From a virus (Duplodnaviria > Heunggongvirae > Uroviricota > Caudoviricetes): a stretch of DNA of 53,273 nt. The stretch's first letter is position 1. The number at the start of each line of letters is the position of its first letter. The notes below the pieces were generated by a model, which saw only the letters and a program-made list of their open reading frames with translations, searched no databases and was not told the origin of the DNA. The stretch lies in the IMG/VR virus record IMGVR_UViG_3300043464_002177. One strand, 5' to 3'. The position numbers were made by a program, and so were the translations under genes. Shown here one piece after another: positions 8,863 through 14,855 of the stretch.

Positions 8863-8947
8863 AATTATTGAGACTAACTCAACGAGGACTTTGTCAACCA
8901 GAGCATGACTCGGATGGTGCAATTTAAGGTGAGTTAGAATCAAACAC

Positions 8948-9021
8948 GGATTGTTGGTGAAGTTGGTTATCATGCTACCCTGTCACGGTAGAGTTCACGG
9001 GTTCGAGTCCCGTACAGTCCG
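8948..9021 (+). tRNA. trnD: tRNA-Asp(GUC)
   Basis: Loop CT-GTC-AC; G73. Confidence 0.92.
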
Positions 9022-9029
9022 CATTTATT

Positions 9030-9116
9030 GGAGGCTTGCCAGAGTGGTTGAATGGAACGGTCTTGAAAACCGTCATACTGGAAACGGTATCTGGGGTTCG
9101 AATCCCTGAGCCTCCG
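9030..9116 (+). tRNA. trnS: tRNA-Ser(UGA)
   Basis: Long variable arm; loop CT-TGA-AA; G73. Confidence 0.93.
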
Positions 9117-9121
9117 CACTT

Positions 9122-9193
9122 GCTCGGTTCGACTAGTGGTTAGGTCACCACCCTTTCACGGTGGTTGCACGGGTTCGAATCCCGTACCGAGTA
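9122..9193 (+). tRNA. trnE: tRNA-Glu(UUC)
   Basis: Loop CT-TTC-AC. Confidence 0.92.
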
Positions 9194-9271
9194 CAATATT
9201 TTTTTATATCAAGATATTGATTTACAATATTTTATTCTGTATATTTATCATATTATTAATATTTATAATAT

Positions 9272-9574
9272 ATGATAGATAAAATCACATTATCGTTAAT
9301 GTTATTTTTTAACACATTAACATCATCTATCGACCCAAGTCTTTCCGATGAAAGAAAGTCAGTTAATCAAATAAAAAAAGAGATTAAGTCTCTTGAAAGA
9401 AAGATTGAATGGGTTGAAGTAACAGATGAGAATTACGCTAGCAGGGCCGTCAAAACCAAAGAAATCACGGACGAGATTACCAAATTGAATGGTAAAATTG
9501 TAAAGATTGAGAAGGTAGCAATTTTAAAAGAGAAATGGGCTAAGGAAGATTCCTTGTCCAAATCAAAAAAATGA
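9272..9574 (+). CDS. hypothetical coiled-coil protein with N-terminal signal-like segment
   Basis: ORF track; two TATTTAT motifs upstream. Confidence 0.75.
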   Translation: MIDKITLSLMLFFNTLTSSIDPSLSDERKSVNQIKKEIKSLERKIEWVEVTDENYASRAVKTKEITDEITKLNGKIVKIEKVAILKEKWAKEDSLSKSKK

Positions 9575-10020
9575 AAAAAATTTTTTTAGTGCTAACGTTA
9601 CTTTTGGGAGTGGAAGTCGTAGCAAATGGACAAGAGTGGTTTATAACCGCCACTCGAAAAGGTGGTCCATCAGATGGTTATATAACAGGTGCTTTTATGA
9701 AAAAAGGTTGGGGATTCTATGCGGGTCTTCCATATGGTGAATTGAGTAATCAAAATGGTGGAATCGTAATTCCTCCTGGCGTCAATACCAAAACAGGAAA
9801 CGTATCAGATAACATGAAGTTCGGTGTCCTTAGACAAGTAAAAGAGGACAAGGCGATTGTTGGATTTGGATTACAACCAACAATTGGTGGGAACAAACCA
9901 AATTTTCTTATAATGTACAATCCACTTAGACCAAGTAGTGTTATAAATCTATGGACAATTGGTAATGTTGTTGGTGATGATTTAACATTAGGACTTGGAT
10001 TATCATATAAAATAAAATAA
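9571..10020 (+). CDS. secreted, possibly small outer-membrane beta-barrel protein
   Basis: Signal peptide; amphipathic strands, C-terminal GLGLSYKIK. Confidence 0.6.
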   Translation: MKKIFLVLTLLLGVEVVANGQEWFITATRKGGPSDGYITGAFMKKGWGFYAGLPYGELSNQNGGIVIPPGVNTKTGNVSDNMKFGVLRQVKEDKAIVGFGLQPTIGGNKPNFLIMYNPLRPSSVINLWTIGNVVGDDLTLGLGLSYKIK

Positions 10021-10045
10021 TTTAGTTAACTATTGATAGTTTTCG

Positions 10046-10053
10046 TATATTTG
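10046..10053 (+). promoter_or_regulatory. Bacteroidota-type promoter (TATATTTG) for leader 2 / tRNA array 2
   Basis: TAnnTTTG 17 nt before the leader ATG. Confidence 0.7.
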
Positions 10054-10070
10054 CATATACTTATTAAACG

Positions 10071-10178
10071 ATGAAGAATATAAATAACATATTAACGAGT
10101 ACAAGACCCCTTAACAATGGTAATGGGTATGGTGTGCAACCGTTAAATTACTTATGTTCGGATATTAATAGAGAATAA
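10071..10178 (+). CDS. leader peptide of tRNA array 2 (35 aa, MKNINNILTSTRPLNNGNGYGVQPLNYLCSDINRE)
   Basis: Short ORF between promoter and terminator; codons 3-28 all read by array-2 tRNAs. Confidence 0.85.
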   Translation: MKNINNILTSTRPLNNGNGYGVQPLNYLCSDINRE

Positions 10179-10201
10179 TAAAATCTTAAACTTATATCAA
10201 G

Positions 10202-10235
10202 ACCCGAACAAACTAAAAAATGTTCGGGTTTTTTT
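10202..10235 (+). terminator. intrinsic terminator / attenuator upstream of tRNA array 2
   Basis: ACCCGAACA-loop-TGTTCGGGT plus U-tract; competing TGTTCGG inside the leader ORF. Confidence 0.85.
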
Positions 10236-10293
10236 ATGTTATTTTTTATTCTTATATTTGAATTAGTTCTTTGACATATTGGAAAATCGTAAT

Positions 10294-10379
10294 GCCTGGG
10301 TGATGAAATCGGTATACATGCAAGACTTAAAATCTTGTGGGCCGTAAGGCCCGTGCGGGTTCGACCCCCGCCCCAGGTA
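10294..10379 (+). tRNA. trnL: tRNA-Leu(UAA)
   Basis: Long variable arm; loop CT-TAA-AA. Confidence 0.93.
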
Positions 10380-10384
10380 CAATT

Positions 10385-10457
10385 GGTCTGGTAGCTCAGT
10401 GGATAGAGCAACTGCCTTCTAAGCAGTAGGTCATTGGTTCGAATCCAATCCGGATCA
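10385..10457 (+). tRNA. trnR: tRNA-Arg(UCU)
   Basis: Loop CT-TCT-AA. Confidence 0.93.
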
Positions 10458-10459
10458 CT

Positions 10460-10597
10460 AAGATAATGGTCTGATGTTATTATGATTGTCGACAAATCAT
10501 GGTAACTATTAAACAGACAGCACCCTCTGCCGATGCATCGTAAAACTATTACTAAGCAGTTAAGATTGGAACGAGACGGGTATTCCAACATTATCTT
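10460..10597 (+). ncRNA. candidate multi-branch structured RNA between tRNAs
   Basis: AAGATAATG/CATTATCTT closing helix with GTCTG/CAGAC, CTGC/GCAG and TTGGAA/TTCCAA internal stems. Confidence 0.5.
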
Positions 10598-10602
10598 TAT
10601 TT

Positions 10603-10676
10603 TGGGAATTAGCGTAGTCCGGTATCGCGCTTGGTTTGGGACCAAGAGGCCGTAGGTTCGAATCCTGCATTCCCAA
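10603..10676 (+). tRNA. trnP: tRNA-Pro(UGG)
   Basis: Loop TT-TGG-GA. Confidence 0.92.
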
Positions 10677-10681
10677 CAAAA

Positions 10682-10753
10682 GCTGATGTAGCTCAACGGC
10701 AGAGCAATTGACTGTTAATCAATAGGTTGAGATATCGTAATTCTCCATCAGCG
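10682..10753 (+). tRNA. trnN: tRNA-Asn(GUU), atypical T loop
   Basis: Loop CT-GTT-AA; T loop ATCGTAA; G73. Confidence 0.85.
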
Positions 10754-10760
10754 CAACAAT

Positions 10761-10841
10761 GGCCGAGTGGTGAAATGGGAGACACGCTAGTTTTAGGCAC
10801 TAGTGTCGAAAGACGTGAGAGTTCGAATCTCTCCTTGGTCA
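10761..10841 (+). tRNA. trnL: tRNA-Leu(UAG)
   Basis: Loop TT-TAG-GC; variable arm. Confidence 0.92.
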
Positions 10842-10846
10842 CAAAA

Positions 10847-10926
10847 TGGGGTATCGCATAGCGGCAATTGCGGCTGACTGTAAATCAGCTCCTTAGGGTT
10901 CGGCGGTTCGAGTCCGTCTACCCCAA
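10847..10926 (+). tRNA. trnY: tRNA-Tyr(GUA)
   Basis: Loop CT-GTA-AA; variable arm. Confidence 0.92.
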
Positions 10927-10940
10927 CAAATAAAAATATT

Positions 10941-11060
10941 ATGAACAGAGAAGAACATTTAATTAAAACATTTCCAACTAAAGAAGGGAAAACATATATT
11001 CAATCTTTAGATGAGCATAATTCAAAAAAAGGAAAAAAAATGAAAAAAGAAAAAAAATAA
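10941..11060 (+). CDS. small lysine-rich hypothetical protein (39 aa)
   Basis: Manual translation MNREEHLIKTFPTKEGKTYIQSLDEHNSKKGKKMKKEKK. Confidence 0.5.
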   Translation: MNREEHLIKTFPTKEGKTYIQSLDEHNSKKGKKMKKEKK

Positions 11061-11068
11061 AAATATAT

Positions 11069-11175
11069 GCCGGAGTGGCGGAAAGAGGTATGTACAGCCT
11101 TGAGACGTCCCCGAACTAGGAAGGGTGGTGTATCCGAAATGGACATCGTGTGAGTAACCAATCTCTCCTCCGGCA
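11069..11175 (+). ncRNA. tRNA-Leu-like RNA with D-loop insertion and non-canonical anticodon and T loops
   Basis: Perfect GCCGGAG/CTCCGGC acceptor + A73, Leu-type GCGGAA..AGACG D arm, extra hairpin, no TTCG motif. Confidence 0.6.
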
Positions 11176-11182
11176 CCGCATT

Positions 11183-11259
11183 GGACTTGTAGCTCAGTTG
11201 GTTAGAGCACTTCACTCATAATGAATAGGTCCCTGGTTCGAGCCCAGGCTGGTCCACCA
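11183..11259 (+). tRNA. trnI: tRNA(CAU), probable Ile2 (lysidine-modified, reads AUA)
   Basis: GGACTTG acceptor, A73, loop CT-CAT-AA, CCA encoded; Ile2 identity is inferred (ATA codons occur in leader 2). Confidence 0.75.
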
Positions 11260-11262
11260 AAT

Positions 11263-11335
11263 AGAAGATTAGCTCAGATGGAAGAGCGCTTGCCTTACAT
11301 GCAAGATGTCACTGGTTCGATCCCGGTATCTTCTA
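11263..11335 (+). tRNA. trnV: tRNA-Val(UAC)
   Basis: Loop CT-TAC-AT. Confidence 0.92.
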
Positions 11336-11341
11336 CAATAA

Positions 11342-11413
11342 GCCTCTTAAGCATTGCAGGCGATGCGCATGACTTGTAATCATGATAACTCGGTTCGATT
11401 CCGGGCGGAGGCT
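11342..11413 (+). tRNA. trnT: tRNA-Thr(UGU)
   Basis: Loop CT-TGT-AA. Confidence 0.9.
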
Positions 11414-11418
11414 CACAA

Positions 11419-11491
11419 GCGAGTATAGTATAATGGCTCATTATGCCTTCCTTCCAAGTAGGATATGTCAGTTCGATTCTGACTACTCGCT
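11419..11491 (+). tRNA. trnG: tRNA-Gly(UCC)
   Basis: GCGAGTA/TACTCGC acceptor, U73; loop CT-TCC-AA. Confidence 0.92.
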
Positions 11492-11570
11492 CAATTCAAG
11501 TACCCGTATCGCACAGTAGGGTTAAATAAGATGGGAACTCTGTTGCGAGAGCCAGAATGCTTGAAATTAT

Positions 11571-11641
11571 TGTCCTTTGGTGTAACGGTAGCACAGGTGT
11601 TTTTGGTGCATCTAGTTGGGGTTCGAATCCCTGAGGGACAA
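11571..11641 (+). tRNA. trnQ: tRNA-Gln(UUG)
   Basis: Loop TT-TTG-GT. Confidence 0.9.
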
Positions 11642-11645
11642 CAAT

Positions 11646-11731
11646 GGAGGGTTACCCAAGTTGGTGAAGGGGGCAGTTTGCTAAACTGTTAGGTCATTCG
11701 TGGCGCGAGGGTTCGAGCCCCTCACTCTCCG
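11646..11731 (+). tRNA. trnS: tRNA-Ser(GCU)
   Basis: Loop TT-GCT-AA; long variable arm; G73. Confidence 0.93.
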
Positions 11732-11736
11732 CATAT

Positions 11737-11881
11737 TGTAGTGTGACGAAATTTGGCAAACGTACCGTCCTGTCTCGGCGGTGTGGAGCATCTGATAAAC
11801 GTAGGATAATGGGTTGACCACAAAGCGCGCAATGTCCTATGGCTAAAGACCACTTGGATGGTTCGAATCCTCCCACTACAG
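11737..11881 (+). ncRNA. tRNA-like RNA with ~74-nt variable arm (GUC in anticodon position)
   Basis: TGTAGTG/CACTACA acceptor, class-II-type D arm, CCGTC/GGCGG stem with loop CTGTCTC, TTCGAAT T loop, long hairpin insertion 11782-11855. Confidence 0.7.
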
Positions 11882-11910
11882 CTAAAATAATTATATTAAA
11901 ATGAAATGAA

Positions 11911-12372
11911 ATGAAACAATTTAAAACTCTCTATGGAACTAATATTCCTGATTTGATTGGGTATGTAAGAGAATACATCTCAACAAGAGAGAACGTAGAA
12001 ATTCTCATTGGGTCTGACTCACAATGTTACGGGCATAAAAAAACTATCTATGGTGTTGTAATTGCATTATATACACCAGGGAAAGGTGCTCATGTGTTGT
12101 GTAATCGTGAAACTACCCCGATGGAATATAATACCCCATCTAGATTGTTAAATGAAGTTTGGAGATCCATTGAAATTGCTGAATGGATGAAAGAAAATGG
12201 TTTACCTAAAGCCACATGGATTGATATTGATCTTAACCCAGATCCAAAATTTAAATCAAACTCAGTTTTAAGACAAGCAGTTGGATTAGTTGAAGGTATG
12301 GGTTATAAGGTAAGGTATAAACATTTAGGAGCATTAACAACATATGCTGCAAACCATTTAGTTAGAATTTAA
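11911..12372 (+). CDS. RNase H-like YkuK/DUF458 family protein
   Basis: Motifs IGSDSQ, RLLNEVWRS, IDIDLN recalled as typical of the family. Confidence 0.7.
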   Translation: MKQFKTLYGTNIPDLIGYVREYISTRENVEILIGSDSQCYGHKKTIYGVVIALYTPGKGAHVLCNRETTPMEYNTPSRLLNEVWRSIEIAEWMKENGLPKATWIDIDLNPDPKFKSNSVLRQAVGLVEGMGYKVRYKHLGALTTYAANHLVRI

Positions 12373-12420
12373 AAAAAAAATATTTTTTTACAAATTCTTC
12401 TTTTTTTGAAATATATTATC

Positions 12421-12428
12421 TATCTTTG
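12421..12428 (+). promoter_or_regulatory. Bacteroidota-type promoter (TATCTTTG) upstream of the large ncRNA
   Basis: TAnnTTTG with TTTG ~-33; followed by boxA-like AGTTCTTTGAA at 12447. Confidence 0.7.
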
Positions 12429-12464
12429 TAAAAGAGTTAAGGAAATAGTTCTTTGAATTAAAAA

Positions 12465-13268
12465 TATTGGCCGCCTATGGTCGATTAAAATAAACCATGA
12501 AAGTGGGATAAAGTGAATCTGAATTAGTTGTTTGGGTTTGCGGTTTCAGCAATGGAACTTGAGTAGGCAAGCGGGATATCATTAAGCCGTAAGTACTGAG
12601 GGTGACACTGTAGGGAAAGTGGTTTGGTGACTGAGCGATACCGGTCGTTTGGTTGAGGTGGGAACACCAATAAGAATAACTCGTAGAATTGTTGTGAGAA
12701 ATATGACCTCCAATCATATTATTGCGGGATTCAATACAATGGGAATCTTAAAACCGAAAGGTATGGTTGTGTACAGGTGGTGCTGTTACAATCCTTGATT
12801 TAAATCTACCAAGGTTTTTATCTCGAAGGGGTCCAGAAGTGTGGAGGCAGGGATGTCTCAGAGGGTAGTTTAGTATCGTGTCGTCCAAAAGATGGCATGG
12901 CTGGCGGCGAGCCACTACCTTCCAGATCGGTAACTAAAATCATTTTGTTAATTCAGGTTTAACAACTTATAAACAAAAGGAAAAGTGCTCGTCAGTCATT
13001 AGAGACAGGTGACTACATAGTCGTGAGGGGTTCACGGCCACAAAGGGTCCCAAGCCCAATGTGAGTTTCCAGAAAGTTCTCTAGTCCCGCAAGGACTAAT
13101 CGGGGTGGCAACCTCGAAGAGTAATAAGTAAGGTGAGAGTATCTAATGACTTAAGGATTGGTTAATCTAATTGACCGTCACTGGTTGGTACAGTTCAAAA
13201 GACTGTGGATATGAGAGGAAACAATAATCTTTCTAAAGTCAACTACTAAAACTTGTAATCTCAGAGTT
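12465..13268 (+). ncRNA. large structured ncRNA, GOLLD-like
   Basis: ~800 nt with no credible sense ORF, GC-rich, many GNRA/CAAAA-capped hairpins, long-range pairing 12596-12632 with 13237-13264, own promoter and terminator, next to a phage tRNA array; family assignment not computed. Confidence 0.65.
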
Positions 13269-13343
13269 TTTATTTTTTTAGTTTAGAAAAACTAAATGGT
13301 GGAAGAGACCTCACAAAAATATTAACCGTGCGGCCCCGAATTG

Positions 13344-13372
13344 AGTCAGAAGAAATTCTGACTTTTTTTTTG
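13344..13372 (+). terminator. intrinsic terminator after large ncRNA
   Basis: AGTCAGAA-gaaa-TTCTGACT + long U-tract. Confidence 0.85.
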
Positions 13373-13403
13373 TTTTTAAAAAAAAATTAAGTATATTATG
13401 TGA

Positions 13404-14150
13404 ATGAGAATCATTTGCATATCAGATACACATAGTCTTCACCCAATGATGGGTTATGATCTACCTGAAGGTGATGTTTTAATCCATTCGGGTGATTGTA
13501 CAAATAAAGGTCAACGTCAAGATGTTGAGAATTTTGTTCATTGGTTTATGGATCAAAAATATGATACAAAGATCTTTGTTGCTGGTAATCACGATTTTGC
13601 ATTTGAAGAACATAGATACCCACATCACAAAGGAGATTACGATTGGTATTATAATTTAATGGATAAAGAAACATTGTCACAATCCGATGTAGTTTATTTA
13701 GAAGATAACCAATGTATAATTGACTCACCAGAATTCTCCAGACCAATAAAGTTTTGGGGTAGTCCATGGCAACCAGAATTTTATAATTGGGCATTTAATT
13801 TACCAAGACTAGGTGAAGATCTTCAAAAGTATTGGTCAATGATTCCTGAAGATACTGATGTATTAATAACACATGGGCCGCCTCATGGATGTAGAGATTT
13901 TGTTAGTAATTGGAGACAAGGAGACATGAACGTTGGTTGTGAATTACTTGCGTTCCATGTGGAACGTGTAAAACCATTATTACATGTATTTGGTCATATT
14001 CACGGGGCATATGGAGGAATGTATAAAAATGATACATTATTTGTTAATGCTGCCATCTGTACTGAACAATATATTCCATCAAATAAACCTATCATCGTTG
14101 AATTAAAAGAATACGATGGCGAAATTGTAGCAACTTATGTCGAAGAATAA
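13404..14150 (+). CDS. calcineurin-like metallophosphoesterase
   Basis: DTH, GD, GNHD, THGPP, GHIH motifs. Confidence 0.92.
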   Translation: MRIICISDTHSLHPMMGYDLPEGDVLIHSGDCTNKGQRQDVENFVHWFMDQKYDTKIFVAGNHDFAFEEHRYPHHKGDYDWYYNLMDKETLSQSDVVYLEDNQCIIDSPEFSRPIKFWGSPWQPEFYNWAFNLPRLGEDLQKYWSMIPEDTDVLITHGPPHGCRDFVSNWRQGDMNVGCELLAFHVERVKPLLHVFGHIHGAYGGMYKNDTLFVNAAICTEQYIPSNKPIIVELKEYDGEIVATYVEE

Positions 14151-14820
14151 CGAACCAATAAGTGTTGTTATACCAACACGAAAAATTGATGATACATACT
14201 TAAAGCATGTTGAGAAAATGTTCTCTCATCCTAGAACTGAAATTTTAATTTATGAGAATGATGGTAGCGAACCATTAGCCAAAATTTATAATGATGGATT
14301 AAAAGATGCTAAGAATGATATTATTGTTTTCATGCATGATGATTTAATTCTTGAAACAAAAAATATTACACCTAAAGTCATTAGGTTATTTGATAAAAAC
14401 CCTCAATATGGTATTATTGGTTTAGCCGGTACAGATAACCTTCTTAGTGGAATGTGGTGGCAAGATAGATCATCAATGTATGGTATTGTTGGTCATGAAC
14501 ACGAAGGTAAGCGTCATGTCAATCATTACTCAAAAGGTGATTACAGTGAAAACTTAAAAGAGGTGATCGTTGTTGATGGGTTATTTATGATGATTCATAG
14601 AGAAAGATTAAAACATACTTTCAATGAACAGTTTGAAGGGTTTCATTTTTATGATCTACCAATATGTGTTGAAAATCATTTAAATAGTGTTAAAATTGGT
14701 GTGACAACCAAAATTAGAGTTACACATAAATCGGTCGGTATGGTTAATAAAAAATGGGAGAAGAATAAATTATTCTTTGAAGCATTATATGATAAGAATT
14801 TCCCTTTGAAAATCTCTTAA
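14137..14820 (+). CDS. glycosyltransferase family 2-like protein
   Basis: YNDG, VFMHDD, VDGLF, FHFYDL motifs. Confidence 0.8.
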   Translation: MSKNNEPISVVIPTRKIDDTYLKHVEKMFSHPRTEILIYENDGSEPLAKIYNDGLKDAKNDIIVFMHDDLILETKNITPKVIRLFDKNPQYGIIGLAGTDNLLSGMWWQDRSSMYGIVGHEHEGKRHVNHYSKGDYSENLKEVIVVDGLFMMIHRERLKHTFNEQFEGFHFYDLPICVENHLNSVKIGVTTKIRVTHKSVGMVNKKWEKNKLFFEALYDKNFPLKIS

Positions 14821-14827
14821 CTATTTA

Positions 14828-14835
14828 TACCTTTG
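14828..14835 (+). promoter_or_regulatory. Bacteroidota-type promoter (TACCTTTG) of tmRNA
   Basis: TAnnTTTG followed by boxA-like AGTTCTTTAAA. Confidence 0.65.
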
Positions 14836-14855
14836 TAATAGTTCTTTAAAATAAT

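Noticed and set aside
10469-10520. Hammerhead ribozyme (CTGATG core)
   Set aside because: Reads CTGATGT not CUGANGA, and there is no GAAA/NUH arrangement.
10148-10696. 182-aa minus-strand ORF
   Set aside because: Antisense read-through of tRNA genes; tRNA-derived pseudo-sequence.
11110-11126. Amber suppressor (CTA) reading of the 11069 tRNA-like RNA, implying TAG recoding
   Set aside because: No U33 or proper 5-bp stem around CTA; genes are intact in the standard code and TAG is used as a stop (e.g. 8062).
11000-11215. 71-aa minus-strand ORF
   Set aside because: Antisense to the tRNA-like RNA and the CAU tRNA.
11694-11876. 60-aa minus-strand ORF
   Set aside because: Antisense to tRNA-Ser and the giant-arm tRNA-like RNA.
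12475-12717. 80-aa minus-strand ORF
   Set aside because: Antisense to the large ncRNA; no protein-like features.
12465-13268. RNase P RNA, rRNA fragment or self-splicing intron as identity of the large ncRNA
   Set aside because: No GAGGAAAGUCC P4 motif, no recognisable rRNA sequence, and it interrupts no gene; it has its own promoter and terminator.
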